A stretch of DNA of 64,000 bases from an uncultured Nitrospiraceae bacterium (GTDB lineage: Bacteria; Nitrospirota; Nitrospiria; Nitrospirales; Nitrospiraceae). The stretch spans positions 192,001-256,000 of the forward strand of contig CAVSTP010000004.1 of the NCBI GenBank assembly GCA_963730935.1, written 5' to 3'. The position numbers were made by a program, and so were the translations under genes. Positions within the stretch are counted from its first letter, which is position 1. The number at the start of each line of letters is the position of its first letter. Below, in pieces: positions 47,685-58,542 of the stretch. The notes under the pieces are model-generated. The model was not told the DNA's origin. It was given only the letters and a program-made list of their open reading frames with translations, and searched no databases.

Positions 47685-50600
47685 ATGGCCGACTCAACGC
47701 TATCATACGACGAACTGCTGCAGGAAAACGCTTCGCTGAAAGCACAACTGGCGGAGCGGGAGACTTGCGACGAGTACCGCCGACGGGCGGACGAGCAAGC
47801 TCGCATCAGCGAGCGCTTACGACGCGTCGCGGCAGAAACTGCGTTGCGCGAAAGCGAGGCACGGTATCGGACCCTCGCCGATACGATGCCGCAGGTCGTC
47901 TTCATCGCCACGGCCTCCGGATTCGTCGAATACGTCAACCAGCCGGGTCTCGAATACATGGGACTCCGACTCGATGAAGCGATCGGCTTCGGCTGGCTGG
48001 GAGCCATTCATCCCGAGGACCGGCAACTCGTGGCCGACCGCTGGCTCGAGTGCTTGAACCTCGGAAAAACCTACGAATTCGAACATCGCCTTCTCCGTGC
48101 CGACGGCCAGTATCGCTGGCAATTGGCAAGGGCCGTCCCGATCGGCGGCGACTCGGGAGCGATCGTTCGCTGGATCGGCACCTCCACGGACATTCACGAC
48201 CACCGGCAGGTCGAAGCAGAACTGCGTGAAAGCCGAACGGAAGCCAAGCACCAGGCCGAAGAGTTGGACCGGCTCTACCAAACGAGTCCAGCCGGTCTCG
48301 CATTCATCGATCCAGATCTGCGGTTTGTCCGCATCAATCAAACCCTTGCCGACATCAACGGGTTTCCGGTCGACGCCTATATTGGGCGCACGCTCAGAGA
48401 AATGTTGTCCCCAGCTTTGGCCGATCGACTCGAGCCGGTGCTCTGGCGGGTGGTGAACGAGGGTGAGCCGGCGATGAACGTCGAAATGGAAGGGGAGGCG
48501 CCGGCCGAACCCGGCAATGTCCATTACTGGCTTGCGAATTATTATCCGTCGAAGCGACACGACGGCGCGGTGCTCGGCGTGAATGTCGTGGTGCAGGACA
48601 TTACGGAACGGAAACGTACGGAGAGCGCCCTTCAACAGTCCCATGGCTTCATTCGTCAAATCATCGACACGGATCCCAATTTCATCTTCGTCAAAGACAG
48701 GGAAGGGCGGTTCACGATGGTGAATCAGGTGGTGGCCGACTGGTATGGCACACCCGTGGAGGAATTGATCGGGAAGACGGATGCCGATTTCAACTCGAAT
48801 GCCAAGGAGGTGGCACACTTCCAAGAAAAGGACCAGGAGGTGATCGACGGCCTCCGTGAGCTCTTTATCCCTGAGGAAGTCATCACGGACGCCTCGGGCA
48901 ATCGCCGTTGGCTTCAAACGGTGAAACGCCCGATTTGCAATGAAAACGGCGTGGCCACGCATGTTCTCGGTTTCGCCACGGATATTACGCAGCGGCGGCT
49001 GGCCGAGGAAGCCTTGCGTCGAAACGAAGAGCTGCTGCGCCTGGTCATGGACAGTTCCCCGATTGCGATGGTGTATTGCGACGATCAGCAGCGGCTGCGC
49101 CTCGTCAATCGCGCGTACGTCGACCGGTTCGGACTCTCGCCGGAAGACGTCATCGGCAAACCGCTCGCCGAGGTGCTCGGGCCAAAGGCGTATGAGAGCA
49201 TTAGGGCCTATGTAGACGCTGCGCTTTCAGGAACGCGCTCGGAACTCGAAGTCGCGGTGCCCTTTGAACGGATCGGCACTCGGTATATGCGGTGCGCCTA
49301 TGTGCCGCATGTGGACGACAGCGAACGCACCATCGGCTTCACGGCCGTCGAAGTCGACATCACCGATCGGCGGCGCATGGAGGAAGCCCTGCGTGAAAGC
49401 GAGGAGCGCCTGCGGCTGGCGTTGGGTGCGGGCCAGATGGGGGCGTGGGACATCGATGTGGAAACCGATCTCACACGGTGGGATCGGAAGGAATTTGCCT
49501 TGCTGGGGTTGGCGGAGGGTACGGTGACGCCCTCGCCCGATGAGTTTTTCCGGCGGGTGCATCCGGATGACCTGCCGCTCGTGCAGGAATCGGTACGGAG
49601 GGCCATAGAAGAAACCGGCGTACTGGAGCATGAATTTCGCGTGGTGCGACCGGACGGAGAAATACGGTGGCTTGCGGCCAAAGGCCAGGTGTTGAACGAT
49701 CCCCAGGGGCGGCCGGTGCGCATGGTCGGTGTGAATTTCGACGTGACGGAGCGTCGACGGACGGAGGAACGATTGCGTTGTTTCACACAGGAACTCGAGG
49801 CCCATGTGGCCGAGCGGACCCTAGAGTTGACGCAGCTGCACATGCGGCTGCGCGCGCTCTCGACCGAATTGAACCTGACGGAGCAGCGCGAACGCAAACG
49901 GCTTGCGACGGACCTGCACGACTACCTGACTCAGCTACTGGCGCTGGTCTGCATGAAACTCGGTCAGATCAGACGATTGTCGCCCCAGGCGGCTCAGGCG
50001 GAAATTGCCCAGACTGAAGGCGTCGTGAACGAGGCGCTGATCTACACACGGACGCTCGTGGCTCAGCTGAGTCCACCGGTGCTGCATGAGTTCGGGCTGC
50101 CTGTGGCGCTTGGATGGCTGGCGGAACAGATGATCCGTCAGGAACTGTCAGTGGAGGTGCGGCAATTAGTCCCTGACCATGTGCCGCTGCCGGAAGATCA
50201 GGCGGTCTTGCTGTTTCAGTCGGTCCGGGAGTTGCTGATTAACGTCAGGAAGCATGCGGGGACGCATCAGGCGATGATGACGATCGAGCGCTCGAACAAC
50301 GATTTGTGCATAACGGTTCGCGACGAAGGTGTGGGAGTGGACCTTGCCGCCGCCACACCTACGAATCAGCCGTCCGCCAGTTCGTCGAAATTCGGCCTGT
50401 TCAGCATCCGTGAGCGGATGCTGGCGATCGGCGGCCGTCTGGAGATCGACTCCGCGCCTGGCCGAGGGATGACCTCCTGCCTCATGCTGCCGTTGAAATT
50501 TCTTCCGGGTGCCGATGAGATTTCATCAGAGCCGTTCGAAGGGAGAACAAACGGGGGGAGCCCTGTCCAGTCAGAAACGCGCATTCGTGTGCTCCTGGTG

Positions 50601-51023
50601 GACGACCATCAGATGATTCGCGAAGGATTGGGCGGACTCCTCTCCGTGCACGAGGACCTGACCATCGTCGGAGAAGCCTGCGACGGGGAAGAGGCGTTGT
50701 TACTGACTGACAAGCTCAGGCCCGATTGCGTAATTATGGATGTGAACATGCCAAGGATGGACGGCATCGAGGCGACCCGCCGCCTCAAGGCGGCGTTTGG
50801 CGGGACGGCGGTGATCGGGCTTTCGGTCAATGTGTCACAAGAGATCGAAGTCGCCATGCGGCGCGCCGGCGTGGATCAATTCCTCTCGAAGGAAGCACCG
50901 ATCGAGGAAATTTACCGGACCATTCTCGCGACGGCTCATAAGTCTCCAATCACACCTGCGCCTGTTGAGGGACTGGCGTCGCGCCCAGGGAGGCCGACGC
51001 CAGCACCGCCACCATGCCTCTGA
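47685..51023 (+). CDS. Hybrid histidine kinase with ~5 PAS domains, HisKA_3, HATPase and REC
   Basis: Repeated DITERK/HPED PAS-PAC units, ERKRLATDLHD, NVRKHA, C-terminal receiver. Confidence 0.93.
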   Translation: MADSTLSYDELLQENASLKAQLAERETCDEYRRRADEQARISERLRRVAAETALRESEARYRTLADTMPQVVFIATASGFVEYVNQPGLEYMGLRLDEAIGFGWLGAIHPEDRQLVADRWLECLNLGKTYEFEHRLLRADGQYRWQLARAVPIGGDSGAIVRWIGTSTDIHDHRQVEAELRESRTEAKHQAEELDRLYQTSPAGLAFIDPDLRFVRINQTLADINGFPVDAYIGRTLREMLSPALADRLEPVLWRVVNEGEPAMNVEMEGEAPAEPGNVHYWLANYYPSKRHDGAVLGVNVVVQDITERKRTESALQQSHGFIRQIIDTDPNFIFVKDREGRFTMVNQVVADWYGTPVEELIGKTDADFNSNAKEVAHFQEKDQEVIDGLRELFIPEEVITDASGNRRWLQTVKRPICNENGVATHVLGFATDITQRRLAEEALRRNEELLRLVMDSSPIAMVYCDDQQRLRLVNRAYVDRFGLSPEDVIGKPLAEVLGPKAYESIRAYVDAALSGTRSELEVAVPFERIGTRYMRCAYVPHVDDSERTIGFTAVEVDITDRRRMEEALRESEERLRLALGAGQMGAWDIDVETDLTRWDRKEFALLGLAEGTVTPSPDEFFRRVHPDDLPLVQESVRRAIEETGVLEHEFRVVRPDGEIRWLAAKGQVLNDPQGRPVRMVGVNFDVTERRRTEERLRCFTQELEAHVAERTLELTQLHMRLRALSTELNLTEQRERKRLATDLHDYLTQLLALVCMKLGQIRRLSPQAAQAEIAQTEGVVNEALIYTRTLVAQLSPPVLHEFGLPVALGWLAEQMIRQELSVEVRQLVPDHVPLPEDQAVLLFQSVRELLINVRKHAGTHQAMMTIERSNNDLCITVRDEGVGVDLAAATPTNQPSASSSKFGLFSIRERMLAIGGRLEIDSAPGRGMTSCLMLPLKFLPGADEISSEPFEGRTNGGSPVQSETRIRVLLVDDHQMIREGLGGLLSVHEDLTIVGEACDGEEALLLTDKLRPDCVIMDVNMPRMDGIEATRRLKAAFGGTAVIGLSVNVSQEIEVAMRRAGVDQFLSKEAPIEEIYRTILATAHKSPITPAPVEGLASRPGRPTPAPPPCL

Positions 51024-51052
51024 TCTGATAGGATGACCGGATTCCACGGCCA

Positions 51053-51430
51053 CTACCTGGCGCCAGACTCCGCCGGTCTGGGCTGCTCTGGTTGAGCCTC
51101 TGCCCGTTGTTGTACCTCCTGCTGCTTCTGCTGCTCGCGCTCTGCTCTCATAATGGCGCCGCTGCGAAGAATCATCAGCGTCTTTGTCTGGCCGTTTGGA
51201 AAAATCCAGGCATCGATCCGGTCACCAGCCTGCACCTGACCGAATTTGTCGGTTTCGGTCCCCACATGAATTGTGGCCTCCTTGCCGTTCTCATCCTTGA
51301 CGACGAACTCCTCGCCGTTTATTGAGATGATATCGACGACGAAGTGTTTCGCTTCCTGCATCGCGCTTTCGGCGGTCGAATGGGAAAACAACATCCATAC
51401 GCCAAGGATGAGACTGGGCAACCACATCAT
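51053..51430 (-). CDS. Exported OB-like hypothetical protein
   Basis: Signal peptide; INGEEFVVKDENGKE...VQAGDRI. Confidence 0.7.
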   Translation of the reverse strand: MMWLPSLILGVWMLFSHSTAESAMQEAKHFVVDIISINGEEFVVKDENGKEATIHVGTETDKFGQVQAGDRIDAWIFPNGQTKTLMILRSGAIMRAEREQQKQQEVQQRAEAQPEQPRPAESGAR

Positions 51431-51519
51431 AAATAACGTTCCTCCATGGGCAATGCGCGGACGTACTCGTCACGAGCATGCTGTGTGAGGGATAAAAGAA
51501 ATAAGGGACGGTCTGTTCG

Positions 51520-51687
51520 TTATGTCACAGGTGGTCGCCGTCCCATGACGAAACTCACTGCGGCAAAAATTAAGAACACGACGAACAGCACGTAGGCGAT
51601 TTGTGTGGCCGTCCCGGCGATGCCGGACAATCCGAGCAATCCAGCGATGATCGCGACGACCAGAAATGTGACAGCCCAGCTCAGCAT
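51520..51687 (-). CDS. DUF1328 (YtjA-like) small membrane protein
   Basis: Not in the ORF track; [64 protein letters not shown]. Confidence 0.9.
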   Translation of the reverse strand: MLSWAVTFLVVAIIAGLLGLSGIAGTATQIAYVLFVVFLIFAAVSFVMGRRPPVT

Positions 51688-51745
51688 AACGGACTCCTTT
51701 CGTCAGGACCGGTGAAGCGCACGAGCCCTGCGTTCTGCAATCTCT

Positions 51746-52453
51746 CTACCGGTACACGGTAGTGTCCTGAGCTGTTTTGAGGCGCCCCTCAACCTCCAGG
51801 GCCTCGCGCTCGCGATTCGTGTTGCGAAGAATCGCCGCCAGGACTTCGAGCGTCGATACGAACTGTGGATCGCCTTGCGTGACCCGGCTCTCTTCCAAGA
51901 TGGCCAGGGATTTTTGGATCAGTCGTTCGGCTTCTCCCATCTGCCCCTGGATGGCATAAAAACTGGACAGAGTCTTCAATGACAAGGCCGTCCGGGCATG
52001 TTTCCCACCGTATTCCTTGAGATTGATCGCGAGTGAACGTTTGAGCAGCGGCTCCGCCTCTCGATAGCGCTCGTGCGTGGCGTAGAGGATGCCAAGGTTT
52101 TGGACGGTGGCGCCGACGCCGGGATGGTCAGCCCCGAGGCCTTTTTCACCAATGGCCAAGGCCCGGCTGAATAATAGTTCCGCTTCCAGCGGTTTGCCCG
52201 AGTTGGCATACACAACGGCCAAATCGTTGGCCGCATCGGCAACGCGCAAGTCCTCCAAGCCGTATTTTTCAGCCTGTTCCAGCGCAGCTGTGAGCAACCG
52301 CTCCGCATCGGCCATCCGGCCCTCATGAAGCGCCTGAAGACCGCCCTGCCTCCACGTATTCCACAGCGTATCCTGGCCGAAGGCAGAAGGTACGGCGAGC
52401 GCCGCAACGAGCACCGCGAGCAACCATTTCCCTGCAGGTCGGGTCATGAGCAT
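51746..52453 (-). CDS. Exported tetratricopeptide-repeat protein
   Basis: Signal peptide; NDLAVVY...AELLFSRALAI kinesin-light-chain-type TPRs. Confidence 0.85.
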   Translation of the reverse strand: MLMTRPAGKWLLAVLVAALAVPSAFGQDTLWNTWRQGGLQALHEGRMADAERLLTAALEQAEKYGLEDLRVADAANDLAVVYANSGKPLEAELLFSRALAIGEKGLGADHPGVGATVQNLGILYATHERYREAEPLLKRSLAINLKEYGGKHARTALSLKTLSSFYAIQGQMGEAERLIQKSLAILEESRVTQGDPQFVSTLEVLAAILRNTNREREALEVEGRLKTAQDTTVYR

Positions 52454-52460
52454 GCTCCTC

Positions 52461-52700
52461 TCAGGCGTTGGTCCGCTCTTCCGCCGCCCGGGCAAGGGCG
52501 AGTTGATCTCGAAGCGCCATTTCCATGAGACAGGGGTCGCAATATCCATCGACGATGTCGTATCGCTGGGATCCCAACTGTCCGCGTGCCATGAACGTCG
52601 TCGGATCCACCCATTGGTCCAACTCTGTGCCGAGGTCATCGGTGAGTGGCTGGATTCTCCAGCATGACGCGCACATAAGAATAGATCTCTGATCTTCCAT
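52461..52700 (-). CDS. Small CxxC...CxxC Zn-binding protein
   Basis: MCASCWRI...QW....F...DGYCDPC. Confidence 0.7.
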   Translation of the reverse strand: MEDQRSILMCASCWRIQPLTDDLGTELDQWVDPTTFMARGQLGSQRYDIVDGYCDPCLMEMALRDQLALARAAEERTNA

Positions 52701-52866
52701 ACTTCACGGTACACTGCGGTCCTGCAGGCACTAACTAGGCCCTCTACCAGAAAGCGCCGGACGGAGACCCCAGCGTTGCGCGATGGCGTATCAGGCAAAA
52801 TCGATGAAAAATCTCTAGGTTGGGAGCTTCGAGCAGAAGAGACCCCTAGTGAAATGGCGGGGAGGG

Positions 52867-53961
52867 TTAAAAATAGAGGTGGACGCCGACGCCATACCAC
52901 GAGGCCCGTTGCGTGTAAAACTGCCCGTCGGGGGACGGGCCGACGTAATACTCTGCCAGCAATTGAATCTGCCGGTCTCCAATGCGCGCGTTCTCGAATT
53001 GCACCCCGGCCATGATGGATTGTCCGACCTGCCAGCTCGTGCGTTCGTTGCATTGAAAATCGCCATAGGCGACCGGGCGGAGTCTGCCCCCGAGAAATGT
53101 GCGTGTGCTGACCAATTCAATCCCCCACTGTGTCGTCCCCCGTCCCAGATCCTCGGGAAAGCGGTGCACGATGTATCCTCCTCCTCCGTACAGCCGCAGC
53201 CATGGGAGCAGCTGGTACGACAATTTCACGTCGACTTCTTCGTAACTCAGATTGATGCGCGTGATGCCGGGGTTATTCAGCAGGAACTCATCCCCCAAGT
53301 GTGAACTCTGGTGCTGAATCCGCACAAACCCCGACAACGGTCCGTTGCGGTAGCTGCTGAGGAACCCCACGCGATAATCCGCATTGACGAGATCGATCGA
53401 AGCGGCGCTCACGTCGAAGATGCTAAAGACGCCGGCCTGAACCCCGAACTCCCATTCCCCGTCGAGGAAAGCTTTGTTCCGGTAGATTGCAAAGGTTTCC
53501 CCGAAGTCTGCTGCGAAGACGCCGGAAAGATTGAGGCCCTGGGTGAACTGTCGATAGGCGCCTGCGAATTGAGGCCACCGAGGATCGGCGTGGAGGGGGG
53601 CAAACAGGGCGCCGTGCGGAAGCCATTTTGCGTCTGCCGTAGGAATTGTGGTGTGAACCGTATCTTCGGCGGGCGGAGGCGCTGCGGACTCTGCACTGCG
53701 GATTTCGACGTGCGAAACGCCGGGGACCTGTTCAAGTGCCGAGACCACCTTGCCGCGGTCGATCGTGGCCAGCGACTTGGTGGTAACGACTACGGCGCCG
53801 TCCTGGACTTCCACCGACGCATCCGTAATCCCGAACTCATGCTGGAGAATGCCAGTGGCGTAGCCGGCAATGAACTCGTCCGAGGCCGATGCGGGCGCCG
53901 AGACGCTCCACAACAGCCAGCACAGGAACAACGCCCCGATCATTCTCGCGCGAGCGCCCAC
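52867..53961 (-). CDS. DUF1207-like outer-membrane beta-barrel protein
   Basis: PLHADPRWP, LVNADYRVG, HQSSHLGDEF, C-terminal GVHLYF. Confidence 0.82.
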   Translation of the reverse strand: MGARARMIGALFLCWLLWSVSAPASASDEFIAGYATGILQHEFGITDASVEVQDGAVVVTTKSLATIDRGKVVSALEQVPGVSHVEIRSAESAAPPPAEDTVHTTIPTADAKWLPHGALFAPLHADPRWPQFAGAYRQFTQGLNLSGVFAADFGETFAIYRNKAFLDGEWEFGVQAGVFSIFDVSAASIDLVNADYRVGFLSSYRNGPLSGFVRIQHQSSHLGDEFLLNNPGITRINLSYEEVDVKLSYQLLPWLRLYGGGGYIVHRFPEDLGRGTTQWGIELVSTRTFLGGRLRPVAYGDFQCNERTSWQVGQSIMAGVQFENARIGDRQIQLLAEYYVGPSPDGQFYTQRASWYGVGVHLYF

Positions 53962-54045
53962 TCAAACTCCTCACGTCGCGGAGGGCAAACGGGACGCACG
54001 ACGGATGGATCTATGCCGGGTGACTCCGCGCCTTGTATCGCAAAC

Positions 54046-54219
54046 TCAGAAGTGAAAGTTCACACCGATCGTGATCATGTGCCCGTTGTTGTTAAAATTC
54101 TTGTCCGTCACTTGTTGTAAAAGACCGTCGTCTGCCGGTGAGAGGACGGGTAGGGTCAGACACAGCGAAAGCAGCAGCAAACACAGACTTGATCATTTCA
54201 CAGTGTCTTGTGTAGGCAT
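54046..54219 (-). pseudogene. Internally deleted outer-membrane protein remnant
   Basis: GGAG RBS; MPTQDTVK*SSLCLLLLSLCLTLPVLSPA...HMITIGVNFHF*: signal peptide joined to a beta-signal, with in-frame TGA. Confidence 0.55.
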
Positions 54220-54275
54220 GGACAGGCTCTCCATTCGCGGGTGGCCCCTCTCTTCGTTCGGGCTCGTGCAGCGGG

Positions 54276-54321
54276 CACAAAAAAACGGACCGAAAGCGGT
54301 GCCTCGGTCCGCTCTTTTGTG
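54276..54321 (-). terminator. Intrinsic (bidirectional-looking) terminator
   Basis: AAAAAAA-CGGACCGA...TCGGTCCG-CTCTTTT. Confidence 0.7.
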
Positions 54322-54330
54322 AACGGCTGT

Positions 54331-54612
54331 TTACTTGTTCAACCTGGCCATCCCAGTCTGAGCATCGACGTAGACGGTCTGGCTCTTGTTGTTGTGATCG
54401 ATGACTTCGATCTTCCAAATCGTCCGTCCGTCGTCCTTGCCGAGATCAGCTTCGGCAGCTTTGCCCGGCACAACCTTGATGGCGCTCTTCACGGCTTCCT
54501 CGAGAGGAATCTTGGCGCTTGCGACGAGTTCCTTGTTCGTCTCAAACAGCGCCCAAGCCGTGCCCGTCGTCAACGTAGCGGCGATCATCGCAGAGAGAAT
54601 GAACCTGAACAT
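54331..54612 (-). CDS. PepSY-domain exported protein
   Basis: IPLEEAVKSA...PGK...WKIEV...VYVDAQTG. Confidence 0.88.
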   Translation of the reverse strand: MFRFILSAMIAATLTTGTAWALFETNKELVASAKIPLEEAVKSAIKVVPGKAAEADLGKDDGRTIWKIEVIDHNNKSQTVYVDAQTGMARLNK

Positions 54613-54634
54613 GGTGGCCTCCTTCACCCGAAAG

Positions 54635-54865
54635 TTATCTGACCGGTTCGCGTTCCACTTGATCCGGCTTGGTGCCTTGAAACCACTTGTCCGCCCAACC
54701 GGCAATATCGTCTTTCTGGGTCCCATACCGTTCCTGAACCTTGCCCAGGAATTTCTCATAATTGCCTTCGATTTGAGCTAGGTCGTCGTCTGTAATTTTT
54801 CCCCATTGACGTTTCAGCTCACCTTTGAATTGGCCCCACTTCCCTTTGAAGATATCGGCGTTCAT
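54635..54865 (-). CDS. CsbD-family stress protein
   Basis: MNADIFKGKWGQFKGELKRQWGKITDDDL...GKVQERYG. Confidence 0.93.
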   Translation of the reverse strand: MNADIFKGKWGQFKGELKRQWGKITDDDLAQIEGNYEKFLGKVQERYGTQKDDIAGWADKWFQGTKPDQVEREPVR

Positions 54866-55015
54866 AGAAATTCCTCCATCTTGTAAGTGGGCACTTCTCG
54901 TCCTCATTTCACTCTATCTCGCAGAGGATGGCGGCCATGCTGGATGTTTCCCTGGCGCCCAGGGGAACGTGCCCGAGTTATATGCATATTAAGAATCGCG
55001 AAGTGATAGAAGCCA

Positions 55016-55360
55016 TTATTTTTCGGGCGGGATTTCAGCGGTTTGCGTGTTGAGGACGCTCAGGCGGTTGCGAATGGCTTTCACTCCGAGGACCGTTTCG
55101 GCCAAGCGCGTTGCCTCGCGCCGCGCGAGAGGGCTCATGGCCGTGCCTTCAAGCGTCACTTCGCCCTGATTGACGTGAACGACAATCAGGCTGTTGGCGG
55201 TCAGCGGGCTCGTGTGCATGGCCTCCGCGATGGCGGTCTGCAGTTGCACATCGCCGGGCTTTTCTGCGGCCGACTGGGCCAATTCGTTGGTCACAGCCAT
55301 GCCACTGACCGCTGACTCCGACAGGACGGCGAGCACCAAGACTTGGACGATACGCCGCAT
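55016..55360 (-). CDS. BON-domain exported protein
   Basis: IVVHVNQGEVTLEG...A..LA..VLGVKAIRNRL. Confidence 0.85.
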   Translation of the reverse strand: MRRIVQVLVLAVLSESAVSGMAVTNELAQSAAEKPGDVQLQTAIAEAMHTSPLTANSLIVVHVNQGEVTLEGTAMSPLARREATRLAETVLGVKAIRNRLSVLNTQTAEIPPEK

Positions 55361-55411
55361 GGAAGCCTCCGTCGCTCACGACAGAATATGGCTCGTCGGT
55401 CACGGTTTGGC

Positions 55412-55429
55412 ACTGGGAAATCCCCTCAG
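55412..55429. promoter_or_regulatory. Palindromic box ACTGGGA-AATC-CCCTCAG
   Basis: Motif match upstream of the BON gene. Confidence 0.4.
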
Positions 55430-57576
55430 CCCCTGCGAATCGACACCGCGGCTTCAATCTGCATCAATGCGAGCGACCGGCCCTTGAGATCGTAGCGGTT
55501 ACCTTCCGTAATCAACGGAGCGTTGGCAGGAATGCCCTCCTGGACCGTATCGAGCACGAGCTGCCACGGCACATTCGCGGGGGGCGTCGGAAGCGTGAAC
55601 TCAATCGGTTCGTGGTGAGCGTTCATTAGCAGCAAAAACGTGTCGTCGAGAATCGGATTCCCCAGATGATCCTTTTCCTCGATGCGGTCGCCCGCCAGTC
55701 TGACGCCCAGGCAGCGGATATAACCCTGCTTCCAATCGTCGTCGGTCATTTCCTGACCGTCCGGGCGAAACCACGATAAATCCTTGATGTCGGCGCCATA
55801 GATACTGCGGCCCTGAAAGAATTGGCGGCGACGAAAGACGGGATGGGCCGCACGCAACATGATCAACGCGCTGGTGAAGGTGAAGAGCGCCTGCTCTTCG
55901 CTCGAGATGTCCCAATTGAACCAGCTGATCTCGTTGTCTTGACAGTACGCGTTGTTGTTCCCATGCTGCGTCCGCCCAATTTCGTCGCCCCCGCAAATCA
56001 TCGGCACGCCTTGAGACAGCAGGAGGGTTGCCAGCATATTGCGCTGTTGCCGCGTTCGCAATTCCCGGATGGCCGGATCATCAGTCGGTCCCTCGACCCC
56101 GCAGTTCCAGCTCTGGTTGTCGTCTGAGCCGTCCTTGTTGTCTTCCTGGTTGGCTTCGTTGTGCTTCTGGTCGTACGAGACCAGATCCCGCAGGGTGAAG
56201 CCGTCGTGGGCGACGACGAAGTTGATGCTGGCGAACGGTTTGCGCCCGCTGCCTTCATACAGATCGCTGCTCCCGAAAAGCCGGTACGCCAGCTCGCTCG
56301 CTTGCCCTCCGTCGCCCTTCCAGTAGCGCCGGATGGTATCCCGGTATTTCCCGTTCCATTCAGCCCAACCCGCGGGAAAGTTTCCGACCTGATAGCCGCC
56401 TTCGCCGATGTCCCATGGCTCGGCGATGAGTTTAAGCTGCGAGAGGACAGGGTCCTGTTGAATGATGTCCAGGAAACCGCCGAGGCGGTCCACGTCGTGC
56501 AACTCGCGGGCGAGGGCCGCGGCCAGATCGAAGCGGAAGCCATCCACATGCATCTCAAGCGCCCAATACCGCAGGCTATCCATGATGAACTGGAGCGTTC
56601 GCTGATGCTGGACGTTGAGCGTGTTGCCTGTGCCCGTGTAATCGAGGTAATACTGCGGTTGATCGGGCATGAGGCGATAATAGGCCGCATTGTCGATGCC
56701 CCGGAACGAGAGCGTGGGACCAAGGTGATTGCCTTCGGCCGTATGGTTGTACACCACATCGAGAATGACTTCGATGCCGGCACTGTGCAGCGTCTTGACC
56801 ATGGTCTTGAATTGATTGACGGCGTGCTCCGGATGCGTCGCATAGCGCAGTTCGGGCGCAAAAAATCCGATCGTGTTGTAGCCCCAATAGTTGGTCAGAC
56901 CTTTGTCGACGAGGTGTTTGTCGGCGACGAAGGCGTGCACCGGCAGTAATTCAATCGCCGTCACGCCGAGCCGTTGGAGATACTCGATGACCGGTCGCGT
57001 CGCCAATCCCGCGTAGGTGCCTCGTAGCACTTCCTGGATGAGCGGATGTTTCGCGGTAAAGCCCCGGACATGCATTTCATAGATGATGGTTTCACTCCAC
57101 GGGCGCCGCAGGGGCTTGTCCTCTCCCCAGGTAAACGCCTGCTCGACGACGACCGACTTGGGAACCAGCGAGGCATTGTTGCGCTCGTCGAACGACAAAT
57201 CGGCGTCCGGATGTCCGATGGTGTAGCCGAACATCGAATCGGACCATCGCAAGTTGCCGTGCAAGGCCTTGGCGTAAGGATCGATCAACAGTTTGTTCGG
57301 ATTGAAGCGGTGGCCGGCTTGCGGTTCATAGGGCCCGCTCACCCGAAAGCCGTAGAGTTGTCCCGGCCGGGCCTCCGGGAGGAAAACATGCCACACCTGA
57401 TTCGTGCGCTCTTCAATTCGGATGGTGTGCGTTTCTTTCTCCTGGTCGGGATGGTCAAACAGACACAGTTCCACTCCCGTCGCATTTTCAGAAAACAGCG
57501 CGAAATTCACGCCTTCGCCGTCCCAGGTCGCGCCTAATGGATAGGGGTGACCGGGCCGCGTCGTCACACGTGCCAT
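55426..57576 (-). CDS. glgX: Glycogen debranching enzyme
   Basis: [51 protein letters not shown]. Confidence 0.96.
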   Translation of the reverse strand: MARVTTRPGHPYPLGATWDGEGVNFALFSENATGVELCLFDHPDQEKETHTIRIEERTNQVWHVFLPEARPGQLYGFRVSGPYEPQAGHRFNPNKLLIDPYAKALHGNLRWSDSMFGYTIGHPDADLSFDERNNASLVPKSVVVEQAFTWGEDKPLRRPWSETIIYEMHVRGFTAKHPLIQEVLRGTYAGLATRPVIEYLQRLGVTAIELLPVHAFVADKHLVDKGLTNYWGYNTIGFFAPELRYATHPEHAVNQFKTMVKTLHSAGIEVILDVVYNHTAEGNHLGPTLSFRGIDNAAYYRLMPDQPQYYLDYTGTGNTLNVQHQRTLQFIMDSLRYWALEMHVDGFRFDLAAALARELHDVDRLGGFLDIIQQDPVLSQLKLIAEPWDIGEGGYQVGNFPAGWAEWNGKYRDTIRRYWKGDGGQASELAYRLFGSSDLYEGSGRKPFASINFVVAHDGFTLRDLVSYDQKHNEANQEDNKDGSDDNQSWNCGVEGPTDDPAIRELRTRQQRNMLATLLLSQGVPMICGGDEIGRTQHGNNNAYCQDNEISWFNWDISSEEQALFTFTSALIMLRAAHPVFRRRQFFQGRSIYGADIKDLSWFRPDGQEMTDDDWKQGYIRCLGVRLAGDRIEEKDHLGNPILDDTFLLLMNAHHEPIEFTLPTPPANVPWQLVLDTVQEGIPANAPLITEGNRYDLKGRSLALMQIEAAVSIRRG

Positions 57577-57693
57577 AGCATCGCTCCTTCATGTTCGTCG
57601 CCGATCTTGTGGCTCACGCTCGTACGACCCCTCCTGCATTGCCCAACGACACCTTGCCCACCCGAGCGATGCGAAACAGGCCACCGCCGGACA

Positions 57694-58227
57694 TTAGGAT
57701 TTCGCGAGCAAACTCGCGAGATCCTCCGCATGCTCTTCTTCTTTCGCTGTGATCTCTTCGAGCAGTCGTCTGGTCGTAGGATCATCGCCGCCGAGGTACT
57801 CGATCATCTGTCGATAGCTGTCGATGGCGATGCGTTCGGCCACGAGATCCTCCTTAATCATATCTTCAAGTGTGGTGCCTTCGGCGTATTGAGAGTGGCT
57901 GCGATCAAGCAGACCTTCAGGAGAAAGATTCGGCTGCCCGCCTAACTGGACGATCCGCTCGGCGATCGCATCGGCGTGCTCTTGCTCTTCCTTGGCGTGT
58001 TCAAGGAATTCGCTCTTGACGCTTTCCGAACTCATACCTTGGGCCATGAAATAGTGCCGTTTATAGCGTAAGACGCAGACCAGTTCGGTGGCGAGCGCGT
58101 CATTGAGCAGACGGAGGACGACCGGCACTTTTGCTTTATAGCCGGGCGTCATTGCGCCATTTTCAATGTGACGACGTGCACGTTCGCGAATGGTTTTGAC
58201 ATCGAGAACAAATTGTTGGTCCTGCAT
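57694..58227 (-). CDS. Bacterioferritin-like ferritin-family protein
   Basis: ALATE..C..RY, EEQEH, RIVQLGG, LVAERIAI, EEEH ferroxidase motifs. Confidence 0.88.
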   Translation of the reverse strand: MQDQQFVLDVKTIRERARRHIENGAMTPGYKAKVPVVLRLLNDALATELVCVLRYKRHYFMAQGMSSESVKSEFLEHAKEEQEHADAIAERIVQLGGQPNLSPEGLLDRSHSQYAEGTTLEDMIKEDLVAERIAIDSYRQMIEYLGGDDPTTRRLLEEITAKEEEHAEDLASLLAKS

Positions 58228-58542
58228 GGTAACCTCCTTGTCGTCAGCCGTGATACTGTGTGTGCTGTATGTGGGTGTAGACGGTCAATGCCGGGAGACA
58301 GTGAATGCCGGGATGGAAGAGTGGAATCGGGCACACAATCGACCCGTTATTCTGCACGGTTGAGCATCCGATCCGGCACCAATGCGCAGTCGTTTACGAT
58401 CATCTGGCAAGCTCCTCGCCCCAGGAGTAGCCAGTCTGTCCGAGGCTATCTTCTGCAGGAAGAACGCCTAGTTAGTGCTCGTTGAGACAATACCCGGTCT
58501 CGCACATCTTTATTAACGTAAGCCGAGTAGGCCCATGCTGAC

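Noticed and set aside
51746..53053. 435-aa version of the TPR ORF
   Set aside because: The extension overlaps two real genes; the signal peptide begins at about 52453
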